DNA from: a virus
Taxonomy: Duplodnaviria > Caudoviricetes
Reading direction: 5' to 3' (one strand)
DNA length: 64,000 nucleotides
IMG/VR virus record: IMGVR_UViG_3300032007_000073
Span: 8,402-72,401 of that record
Shown piece by piece: positions 39,280-47,839 of the stretch (the stretch's first letter is position 1; each line of letters starts with the position of its first letter). The notes beneath the pieces were generated by a model. It was not told the DNA's origin. It worked only from the letters and a program-made list of their open reading frames with translations, and did no database searches. The position numbers and the translations under genes are program-made.

Positions 39280-39680
39280 AATATCCTCCTTAGTATTTAT
39301 TTAAAATCCCACTCAGAACCTTAAACAAATCCTAATCGCCACTCTACAAGACCTGAAGCCCAAAATAGCCGAAGGACTTATTCAAATCCCCCGGCTACCA
39401 TAGCAAGAAAATGATAAAAAACTTGCTATACCGTTTTTATACTACCATTTTTGTCTATTATTCTTTCTATCTCATCCATTTTCTACCCCCTTAGTATATA
39501 AATATAAGTGCATATAATAATATACAAGCACAAACAAATATCAAAACAAACAAACCAAACATCATTATCCATAATACACAATAATATATCTTATCCAAAT
39601 TCATATCTACCCCCTTTTAAGTAAATCTTTTAAATTTTTAGCATAATAAACAGCTATAAAATACCGTACAAACAACAAAA

Positions 39681-39710
39681 ACAAGCTAAATTTTTAATTT
39701 TTTAGCTTGT
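39681..39710 (-). terminator. Intrinsic terminator
   Basis: ACAAGCTAAA/TTTAGCTTGT 10-bp stem followed on the minus strand by TTTTGTTGTTT. Confidence 0.65.
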
Positions 39711-39763
39711 CTTTAATATATATACCTATTTTATAAAAAGTCTTTTAAAAGTCAATTATAAAG

Positions 39764-40538
39764 CTATAAATTGATTTTATTGTTTTGTATATTTTCATAT
39801 TTTTGTATTAATTCATACAAGTATTTTTCTAAATAATACTTATACCAATTTATTTTTGAATGTAATTCAACTAAATTATAAACTTTATCAATTTTGTTAA
39901 AATAAATTGTATTATTTTTATTTTGTAAATTAATTATTTTTTTTGCTTTTTTTTGTTGTTTAATTCTGTTTATTATTGATTTTTCAATAATTAATTCTTT
40001 TTTTAATTTGATAAAATCATTTATATTATTTATCATTTTTTTACACTCTCTTTTTTTATTTTTTTAATAACTCTTTAAAAATTGCCTTTGCTATTTGTTT
40101 TTTTTATTTATTTTCTAATTCAATTTTTATTGCTAAATTCAACAATTTTTCATATTGTAAAAAGTTGTTTGTGTTTATTGTTATAATTTTGAAATTGTCG
40201 TTTTTATCTTTTTTGCAAAATAATTGTTGTAATTTTTCAAAATCTGTTTTGTTTTCAAAATTATTTTTATTTAACAAGTAAAAATATTTATTAGCTTTTC
40301 TTTTTTCTACAAAATTAATATTGTTTAATTGTTCCATAACATTCATTAATTTTGTATAATTTTCATTTTTTTTGTCGGTATTTTCATAACATATAACAAC
40401 TCTAATTAAAAAATTAGCTTCATTTATTTTACTTGTATTTGTTTGTATTTCCTTTGCTATTGTTTCAAAATCTGTTAAAATTTCATTAATTTTTATCATT
40501 TTTTTGTACCTCTTTTTTAAAGATTTTAGCAAAGGCAA
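39764..40538 (-). CDS. Two extremely AT-rich hypothetical genes (39764-40036; 40104-~40499/40538)
   Basis: N/K/I/L-rich ORFs in a visibly AT-richer island. Confidence 0.5.
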
Positions 40539-40691
40539 TTATTAAAAAGTTATTATTTTTATAGTACATTCATAATCAAAAACAATTGTTGACTTTAAGT
40601 AAAGTTGCTTTGTTTTTAGAATGTTTTTTATGTCAAATAGCTTTTGCTTTAAAGGTCGGTTCTTTAAAGACTGTTTATTTTTTCTATTATT

Positions 40692-40847
40692 AGTATAATA
40701 TATATTTAATTATATATCAAGTATTTTAATTAGATTTTACATTTTTTTTGCAATTTGTATTATATATAGTATTATATTATATTTGTATTATAAATATTCA
40801 ATTTTATATACAAAATACTTGACTTTTTAGTTAAAATTTGCTATAAA
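40692..40847. promoter_or_regulatory. Divergent sigma70 promoters: minus TTGATA-N17-TATACT (40720-40692); plus TTGACT-N17-TATAAA with TG (40819-40847)
   Basis: Spacings counted directly. Confidence 0.6.
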
Positions 40848-41053
40848 AAAAGCATTCTTTTTTTTGGCAAGGAGGTAAGCACTTCCACCAATTTTCTCAC
40901 AAAAAACCGATATTTTGCTTGGCTACCAATGTTATAATTTGATTTATAGGTATTTATAGGCGATATTTTGAGATATTTTGGGTTTTATGAATAAAAGGTC
41001 AACTTTGCTATAAAAAAGAGTAAATAGGTGGTATAGGGATAAAAAATTTTGAG

Positions 41054-41090
41054 AAAAAAAAATAATATATGTCTGAATACTCAGCATATT
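41054..41090 (-). terminator. Intrinsic terminator of the candidate sRNA and of the terminase operon
   Basis: AUAUG-CUGA-GUAU-UCAG-A-CAUAU stem followed by a run of U. Confidence 0.65.
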
Positions 41091-41213
41091 TTAAGATTGG
41101 TTAGAGATGACATATCTTCCGTTCGGCTTAGCATATAGCCAGTACTTGCAACATTAGATACATTACTACGGTAGGAGTTATCGGCTTACCATAAAGGCAG
41201 TCTGCAAGTTCCT
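41054..41213 (-). ncRNA. Candidate ~160-nt stand-alone small RNA
   Basis: Own TTGACA-N17-TACAAT promoter, no credible ORF, internal stems, ends in a hairpin plus U9. Confidence 0.55.
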
Positions 41214-41219
41214 GAGATA

Positions 41220-41248
41220 ATTGTAATATATTTGGAATCGGATGTCAA
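41220..41248 (-). promoter_or_regulatory. Sigma70 promoter TTGACA-N17-TACAAT
   Basis: -35 at 41248-41243; -10 at 41225-41220. Confidence 0.75.
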
Positions 41249-41250
41249 GA

Positions 41251-41637
41251 TTAAAGAGTACCGTTTTCGATAGCTTCAAAGACAATAGGAAGCACCTTAT
41301 CTTTAGTTCTTAGGTTTAAAGGGAACGTTTTTTTAAATCCTTTAGGTCTTTTAACGAGATAAACGGAAGCACGTCCGTCAAGAGTCCTTCTGTCAGGAAG
41401 TATAGACAGGATAAAGTTCACAAGGTCGTCTTGCTCTTTTTTGTACCCTCTGACACAACAAACACAATAATCGTCCTTGTTGAACTTTGGTTGAGGCTTT
41501 TTGAGGTACTCTTCCAAGATAGGCTTAAGATGTTCCGGTAATTTGTAAGTAGTTCTTGCGGCATAATACTCTCTTGGTCTGCGTTTGAAAGTATTTTTTG
41601 GCATATAGTAAGGGTCTTTGTACGGAGATACAGGCAT
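41251..41637 (-). CDS. Hypothetical basic protein downstream of TerL
   Basis: 128 aa; start overlaps the TerL stop. Confidence 0.6.
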   Translation of the reverse strand: MPVSPYKDPYYMPKNTFKRRPREYYAARTTYKLPEHLKPILEEYLKKPQPKFNKDDYCVCCVRGYKKEQDDLVNFILSILPDRRTLDGRASVYLVKRPKGFKKTFPLNLRTKDKVLPIVFEAIENGTL

Positions 41638-43091
41638 TATATAACCTCCAATAAACTTGGGATATGTTTGTAAATGAGTTTTGCACCATCTACGATACAG
41701 TCAACCATATCATCGTGCCTACCATCAGGGAACTCGATACATTCAGAGATACAATCTTGAATTATTGATTGGTTCATATCGCAATTAAATGTTACTTTAT
41801 AATTATACACATCGGGAAGAACCACGTTTGCTCTTATTACTTTATCTCTCTTACGGTCTTTATAGAACTCTTTTAATACTCCTTCCGATTGAGTGATTAT
41901 CCCTTCCTGTGCAAAAAATTGGTTTAAAAAGATTCCGTGTCCTTTCGGTTCAATATAACATCCGATAAAATCTTCTCTGATAGACCACAACTTCATAAAA
42001 GGTAAGAAATATTCCACTATCTTGTCCGAATTTACTTTCGCCCTCTTTATGTCTAACACATAGAACCGCCCGTTAGCCTTTCCTACCGCCATAAAGACTG
42101 TCCAATCGTTTCTTTCTGAACCTCTGTATGCAGTATCTGCTATTACGGCAGTAAAATCAAAATATTCAGGTAATGCATCTATTTGGAACATATCTTTCGT
42201 AAACAACGAGCCTCCTGTTGCTCTTGGCTCTTGCTGGTACTGCGAATAATATAACTCAGGTGTCCTTATTTTAAGTTCTTCTAACTTTTTTATCGGAAAC
42301 TTCTCTTCCCAAAACGATACCTTCTTCTCTTCATCATATGCTCTTACCGTAACCACATCCCAATCATTTGTCTCGGCATCCATTACATATTGAGCTAAAT
42401 CGTTTGTTGATAATCTCTGCATTATAAGAATTATCGGAGTATGACTCGTTCTTAATCTTGTCTTGAGCTTGTCCGTATAATTCCTGATACATTCGTTTAA
42501 CATTACTTCAGAAGTCGCATTTGATACGTCCAATGGGTCATCGATAATTAAATCTCCATTGTATCCTGGTATTGACGGATTACCTGCATCAATACCTGTC
42601 AATGCACTTCCTATCGGAGCAGCCGTCATTCCACTTCTTGTTCCTGCATCCTTGAAATTGTATTGTGTACTTGATTTTTGGTCTAACTCGTGTCCAAACA
42701 AGTCTTGCCAAAATATCGATTCGATTATCTCTAACGTTTCTCTTGATAACTTCGTTATGAGCAAATCGGAATGTGATACATATAAATGCTTAACACTCGG
42801 ATTTCTTGCAAATGTCCAAGTAATGAATAACTCCACTATTAACGATTTTCCCGCTCCTACAGGTATGTTTATAAGTAAGTTCGGTTTATCGTTCTTTTGG
42901 TCTGCTATATCCTGTAACTTTTGGATAATCTTATCGTGAAAAGGCTTGAATGTGAACTCAGTCCTGTTTATCAGGAAGAACATCAGGGTTATGTACTCCC
43001 TCAGACTCCCCAGACACGTCAACCTCAACAACTCTTTCGTCTCCGGGTCTTTCATCGCCTCTTCCAATTGGGATATTTTGTCTAAGTCCAT
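41637..43091 (-). CDS. terL: Terminase large subunit
   Basis: Walker A 'NIPVGAGKS', Walker B 'LIIDDPL', 'IILIMQRL', 'SQYQQEP', RNase H-like 'IADTAY...DWTV' and 'HDDMVD'. Confidence 0.93.
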   Translation of the reverse strand: MDLDKISQLEEAMKDPETKELLRLTCLGSLREYITLMFFLINRTEFTFKPFHDKIIQKLQDIADQKNDKPNLLINIPVGAGKSLIVELFITWTFARNPSVKHLYVSHSDLLITKLSRETLEIIESIFWQDLFGHELDQKSSTQYNFKDAGTRSGMTAAPIGSALTGIDAGNPSIPGYNGDLIIDDPLDVSNATSEVMLNECIRNYTDKLKTRLRTSHTPIILIMQRLSTNDLAQYVMDAETNDWDVVTVRAYDEEKKVSFWEEKFPIKKLEELKIRTPELYYSQYQQEPRATGGSLFTKDMFQIDALPEYFDFTAVIADTAYRGSERNDWTVFMAVGKANGRFYVLDIKRAKVNSDKIVEYFLPFMKLWSIREDFIGCYIEPKGHGIFLNQFFAQEGIITQSEGVLKEFYKDRKRDKVIRANVVLPDVYNYKVTFNCDMNQSIIQDCISECIEFPDGRHDDMVDCIVDGAKLIYKHIPSLLEVI

Positions 43092-43686
43092 CTGTTATAC
43101 TTGCTCTCCTTAATCCATCCAAGATTTCTTTTACTTTGTTTACTTTATCTTTATCTATATTTACATCTATAATCTTCTGTTGTATTCCTGTACTTATAAT
43201 CTCGTTGGCAGGTTTCTCTCCTACCGTATCTCTTATTATCTCAAGTCCTCTTAACTGATTCGCAGTTATGTCTCCTGATAATACCCCGTTAACTATCATC
43301 TCTGCCAATAACATACGTTTGGACTTAACTTTCTCTTGTCCGTCTTTTACATCTACTATTCCGGGTGTATCTAAAATTTCATTAAAACAATCTTTAAATA
43401 TTTCTTTTACCATTTTCTTGGTTACCAAAGGCAACTTCTGTGCCCTGTATATCCCTTTTCTTAAATCATCATCCTCTTTTATATAATCCCAAATTAATTG
43501 GTCTATTTCAAAAATCTTAAATCCTACTTGCCCGTCTTTAAGCTCTTTTATCTTCTGATATTTCGGTTTATACTTGGCTTTTATTTTCTCTGCAAACTCT
43601 CTTACATCCTCTTTTATTGCCTCGTATAACACTTTTTCCGACATATAATCTTTGGTAACTTCGCCCTTACCTCTAAATACTGTCAT
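42958..43686 (-). CDS. Terminase small subunit (putative)
   Basis: Immediately upstream of TerL; 'LEIIRDTVGEKP' motif; its C-terminus overlaps TerL by 134 nt. Confidence 0.6.
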   Translation of the reverse strand: MTVFRGKGEVTKDYMSEKVLYEAIKEDVREFAEKIKAKYKPKYQKIKELKDGQVGFKIFEIDQLIWDYIKEDDDLRKGIYRAQKLPLVTKKMVKEIFKDCFNEILDTPGIVDVKDGQEKVKSKRMLLAEMIVNGVLSGDITANQLRGLEIIRDTVGEKPANEIISTGIQQKIIDVNIDKDKVNKVKEILDGLRRASITDGLRQNIPIGRGDERPGDERVVEVDVSGESEGVHNPDVLPDKQD

Positions 43687-44027
43687 AATAAGTATAAGTG
43701 CCTATCAAACATTTCTAAAATATCTATAACTACATTTGCTTCCGTGTCTTTTACCGACAATGCAAGTAACGTAAACTCTCTCTTTGCCATAGACAAATAC
43801 TCTTTTATCTCGGTATCAGGAAGTTCTACTCCCTTGAACTTCGCATAATCTACCTGCGTAATCCCTCTTGACCCCATATATACCTCAACAAATCTGTCTA
43901 ACAACGGGTCTATATCTCCCATCAATCTCTCAAAAAGAATATGGTTCGCATACTCTTTCGCCGTGTTCCAATGCAAAAACTGAAGTTTATCTTTATATGT
44001 CTTTAATATGGCTATGTATTTCTCCAT
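43683..44027 (-). CDS. Ferritin/Dps-like four-helix protein (DUF5856-like)
   Basis: 'LQFLHWNT...NH..FE.L...ID..LD.FVE.YMG' metal-ligand pattern. Confidence 0.7.
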   Translation of the reverse strand: MEKYIAILKTYKDKLQFLHWNTAKEYANHILFERLMGDIDPLLDRFVEVYMGSRGITQVDYAKFKGVELPDTEIKEYLSMAKREFTLLALSVKDTEANVVIDILEMFDRHLYLL

Positions 44028-44209
44028 TTTTCCCCCTCGTGCTTCTTTATAAATGTATCTATATTGTTAATCGTTAAACAGACGGCTTTGGCTTTCCTTA
44101 ACCCCATTGTCAATAACGGATATCTCTTGTTATCGCCTGTCGCCTCATCGTCATATAACGAAATTATTGGTCTGCCTTTAAATGTGCTTTCTTCTATCCT
44201 GATTTTCAT
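44012..44209 (-). CDS. Small conserved phage hypothetical protein
   Basis: 'FKGRPIISL...MGLRKAKAV'. Confidence 0.6.
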   Translation of the reverse strand: MKIRIEESTFKGRPIISLYDDEATGDNKRYPLLTMGLRKAKAVCLTINNIDTFIKKHEGEKWRNT

Positions 44210-44226
44210 TTCCCCTCCGTAGTATA

Positions 44227-44297
44227 TATATAATACATTAAGAAAAAAATGTCAAGCAAAAAAAAGACTTGACAAAATAAAAAATATAATGTATTAT
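44227..44297. promoter_or_regulatory. Back-to-back sigma70 promoters: minus TTGACA-N17-TATATA (44255-44227); plus TTGACA-N17-TATTAT (44269-44297)
   Basis: Inverted TGTCAAG...CTTGACA pair at the strand switch between the terminase and head operons. Confidence 0.7.
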
Positions 44298-44303
44298 TCA
44301 TAA

Positions 44304-44465
44304 TGTAGTTGAGATAATAAGTTTATCCGAAAAACTTTTTATCTCGTTGAAAATTAAAACATAGACAATTAAAGACATTTTGTAGTGTTCCTGTCTGTTA
44401 TTATATTTTGTCTATGGATATAAGAAACAGGTCGGAACAGGAATACTACAAAGTGTCTTTTTTTT
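44304..44465 (+). ncRNA. Candidate ~160-nt leader/attenuator RNA upstream of the head genes
   Basis: Hairpin 44311-44345; 24-bp stem 44371-94/44437-60 followed by a U-tract; loop complement at 44360-68. Confidence 0.5.
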
Positions 44466-44843
44466 GTTTAACCGTTTTTAGAGTCTTTTTTTTTAAAAAA
44501 AACCAAAAGCCGAATGATAGCAACAAGAATCTGCAAAAGTTTTATGTTTTGTAATTGCGATTACTTCTGACAACAGTGATAAGTATGAAAAATACGGAAG
44601 CAAATCCTACAAAATATGAAATTTCCTGTCATAATCAGAAAAGGTATCTGTTTTGTAAACCTTTTAAAGAGTTGCGTAGAAATACGGATAAGAAAGACAT
44701 AAACAGATAAAAGATTTGATATCTTCTAAATGTTCGGGTTGTTTTAAAAGACAACTCTTATCCCCCCCCCTATTAAAAAAAGTACTTGACATTTTTTAAA
44801 ATATTTGCTATTAGTTGGATATAAAAAGATAGAGATAGGGGAG

Positions 44844-46427
44844 ATGACAAAGAAAAATAAAACCAAATCAATGTTTTCGGACGGATACCAAGAAGGATTT
44901 GAAGCCGCATTAAAAGAAAATTCCTTATCGTCTTTTGTCGGCTCTATTTCAGGATTTAACGGTGGTTGGGAAGGTGCCGCTTTAATCGCAAGAGGAGTTC
45001 AAGCCTCACAAGTAGATACACTCGCAAAAAATAATCGTAATTATTTTATATCAAATTTCAGATACTTACTTTCTGAATCTTATGTTGAACACGGTCTCAT
45101 ACAAACAATGGTAGATTTGCCGGTAGATGATGCATTTAGGTCGGAAATTGAGTTCAAAACCACAGAATTAACCAAAGACGAACAACTTAAAATCAAAGAA
45201 TTTATGGAAGATAAGGACTTTGTTGAAAAGTTCAAATATTCTATTAAATGGGCAAGACTTTTTGGTGGTGGTGCTTTGATTATAATGACAGGCGAAGATG
45301 ATTTGTCTGTTCCTATGGATATGACAAAATTAAAAGGTATGCCTGTAGAGTTTGTTCCTGTAGATTTGTGGGAACTTTATTATGGAGATTATGATGTAAA
45401 CGACCAACAACTCGATTATTTTAGAGATGTTGAGTTGAGAAAACTTCTTTATAGACCTGAAGTTTATAATTATTACGGAGAAAGGATACATAAATCAAGA
45501 ATTTTCAGAGTTGAAGGAAAAGAAGCTCCTTCTTTTGTAAGACCTCGTCTTAGAGGTTGGGGATTTTCTGTTCTTGAAACTCTTGTAAGAGGCTTTAATC
45601 AGTATTTAAAAGGTGTAGATTCTACTTTCGAAATGCTTGACGAAGTTAAAGTAGATGTGTATTCGATAAACAATTTTGCAACTGCATTAATGAGTAAGAA
45701 CGGAGAAGCCAATGTTAGAAGAAGAATTATGTTGGCAAACCAATTAAAATCTTACTTAAATGCTCTTGTTTTAGATAAAAACGATGATTATCAATCAAAA
45801 AGTCATAGTTCTTCTTTCTCAGGATTAGCAGAAGTAATGAAAGAAATTCGTTATCAGATAGCTTCTGACCTTCGTATGCCTTTATCAAAATTGTTTGGTA
45901 TAGGTAGCTCAGGATTTAGTTCAGGAGAAGATGATATTAAGAACTATAATACAATGGTTGAAACAGAGATAAGAAGTAAAGTTAAAAATAATTTAAAGAA
46001 CTTATACAAATTGTTCTGTTTGTTTGTTTTAGGTAAAGAGATACATAATGTTGATGTAGTTTTTGGTTCATTGGATTATGAAACTCCGAAAGATTTGAGT
46101 ATTCGTAAAAACTCTGAGTTCCAAAGAGCTATAATAGCTTATAACAAAGGTTTTGTTAATGTTTCTCAAGTAAAAGAAATGTTTAATAAAAACAATATGT
46201 TGCCTATTACAATAGACGTTAATGATAATCTTTACAATACTTTACCTTTGGAAATGGCAAAAAAACAAGGACAAGAAGATGACGAGACAGATATAAGTAC
46301 TAAAGACTTAAAAACTCGTACATTTACAAGCGAATCTGAAAGAGCAAAAAGAAAACAAGAACTTTTAGCAGAGTTGGAAGAGATAGAAAAAGAAGAATTA
46401 AAGGATAAACAAAATGTTCAAAATTAA
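44844..46427 (+). CDS. Portal protein (DUF1073 family)
   Basis: Likely ATG 44844. 'LIQTMVDLPVDDAFR', 'WARLFGGGA', 'RIHKSRI', 'WGFSVLE', 'RMPLSKLFG.GSSGFSSGEDD..NY'. Confidence 0.88.
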   Translation: MTKKNKTKSMFSDGYQEGFEAALKENSLSSFVGSISGFNGGWEGAALIARGVQASQVDTLAKNNRNYFISNFRYLLSESYVEHGLIQTMVDLPVDDAFRSEIEFKTTELTKDEQLKIKEFMEDKDFVEKFKYSIKWARLFGGGALIIMTGEDDLSVPMDMTKLKGMPVEFVPVDLWELYYGDYDVNDQQLDYFRDVELRKLLYRPEVYNYYGERIHKSRIFRVEGKEAPSFVRPRLRGWGFSVLETLVRGFNQYLKGVDSTFEMLDEVKVDVYSINNFATALMSKNGEANVRRRIMLANQLKSYLNALVLDKNDDYQSKSHSSSFSGLAEVMKEIRYQIASDLRMPLSKLFGIGSSGFSSGEDDIKNYNTMVETEIRSKVKNNLKNLYKLFCLFVLGKEIHNVDVVFGSLDYETPKDLSIRKNSEFQRAIIAYNKGFVNVSQVKEMFNKNNMLPITIDVNDNLYNTLPLEMAKKQGQEDDETDISTKDLKTRTFTSESERAKRKQELLAELEEIEKEELKDKQNVQN

Positions 46428-47367
46428 AACGGCAGAAGTTTTCTATGCAAGACACATAACTCACGGAATATCGAGATATAAAGCAGGTAATGTTTTGATA
46501 ACTAAACCCGTTTTAGATAAAATGAATGATTCGTTTAGTGGAAAACCTGTTGTTATAACTCATAAAGATTGGGAAAAACAAGAACCTGTTGGATATGTTG
46601 TAAAATCGTTCTATTTGCCGCAAGATGGCTATTTTTGGGTAGAATTTATTGTAAGCAATAAACAAGCCTTAGAGTTCATAAAGAACCAAAATTTTAGGGT
46701 TTCCAACGGTTATTTGACAACTGCTTCAGGAGTTGGTGGAAAGTTTCACGATATTGAGTATGTTGAAGAAGTTTTGGATGGAGAGTATGTACATTTGGCA
46801 TTGACAAAAGAACCAAAATTCGATGAAGCGATAATAATGAATACAGAAGATTTTAAGAAATTCAAAAAAGATTTAGAGAAAATAGATAATAAATTTAACG
46901 AGAAGGAGGATAAGATGGGATTTAATTTGTTTAAGAAACAAAAAGTAGAAAATTCAGAAGAAATTTTAAATACATCTTTTGAATTAGGTGGAAAATCATA
47001 TACCGTAAAGGATATGATAGGAATGTTATCCGAAAAACTTAACGAAGGCGAAAAAAAGTATGCAACTTGTAATGGAGAGTTTACGGCAGAAGAGTTGGTT
47101 GGAAAATACAACGATGCTTGTGCAACGATAAAGAAAAATGAAGAAGAAAAGAAAGCAGAGGAAGAAAAGAAAAAAGAAGCAGAGAAAAAAGCAGAAGAAG
47201 AAAAGAAACAAGCCGAAGAAGAAGCTAAAAAGAAAGAAGAAGAAGAAAAGAAAAAACAAAATGAAAAACTTAACTCAAGAATGAATGTAAACGAACCGAA
47301 AGGCGAAGTGAAACACATAGTTTTTCAAGCAACAAAAGATGGAAGAATACAAATAATTGAAGAATAA
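46414..47367 (+). CDS. Head maturation protease/scaffold (DUF2213-like)
   Basis: 'SFSGKPVVITH', 'SNGY', 'HLALTKEPK'; K/E-rich scaffold-like C-terminus. Confidence 0.75.
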   Translation: MFKIKTAEVFYARHITHGISRYKAGNVLITKPVLDKMNDSFSGKPVVITHKDWEKQEPVGYVVKSFYLPQDGYFWVEFIVSNKQALEFIKNQNFRVSNGYLTTASGVGGKFHDIEYVEEVLDGEYVHLALTKEPKFDEAIIMNTEDFKKFKKDLEKIDNKFNEKEDKMGFNLFKKQKVENSEEILNTSFELGGKSYTVKDMIGMLSEKLNEGEKKYATCNGEFTAEELVGKYNDACATIKKNEEEKKAEEEKKKEAEKKAEEEKKQAEEEAKKKEEEEKKKQNEKLNSRMNVNEPKGEVKHIVFQATKDGRIQIIEE

Positions 47368-47379
47368 GGAGATTAAAAA

Positions 47380-47823
47380 ATGACTCAAACATTAAACCAG
47401 TTTAAGACGGAAGTAGTAGCAGGTCAGATAGCATTAGATGCAGTTGAAGGTAAAGCGATAAATGTAATGATTAGTGAAGATTATGCAGGAACAGGAGTTA
47501 AAAACGGAGATGCAGTTTCTTTGGTTGCAACTTCTAAAGCTCCTTTCATAACCGTAGCTCCTAAAACAACAGGTGCAATTGCTGGTGTTGTTGCATTTAA
47601 CGCAGTAAAAAATAAATATGGTGCAAAAGATTTATGTACGATATTTATTAACGGAAAATTCATCTATGCTAATGTAGGCGAAGCAGTAGAAGCAGGAGAT
47701 GAACTTACTTGGGATTCTTCAACAATGAAATTTGTTAAAAAAACAGACGGAACTGTTGATGCAATCGCATTGGACAAAGCAGCAGCAGGATTAACAAGAA
47801 TCGTAGTAAAAGGTATATTTTAA
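47380..47823 (+). CDS. Capsid decoration/cement protein
   Basis: 147 aa, beta-rich, immediately upstream of the major capsid gene. Confidence 0.65.
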   Translation: MTQTLNQFKTEVVAGQIALDAVEGKAINVMISEDYAGTGVKNGDAVSLVATSKAPFITVAPKTTGAIAGVVAFNAVKNKYGAKDLCTIFINGKFIYANVGEAVEAGDELTWDSSTMKFVKKTDGTVDAIALDKAAAGLTRIVVKGIF

Positions 47824-47839
47824 TAAAGGAGAGATATAA

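Noticed and set aside
44500-44760. Possible decayed gene upstream of the portal
   Set aside because: Only short broken frames with no recognisable motif; cannot be supported.
39300-44800. tRNA, tmRNA or ribozyme in the intergenic regions
   Set aside because: No cloverleaf or GTTCRA T-loop, and no intact hammerhead core (CUGAGUA at ~41080 is part of a terminator stem).
46746-47318. 190-aa F/S-rich minus-strand ORF
   Set aside because: Reverse complement of the K/E-rich scaffold tail (GAA/AAA repeats).
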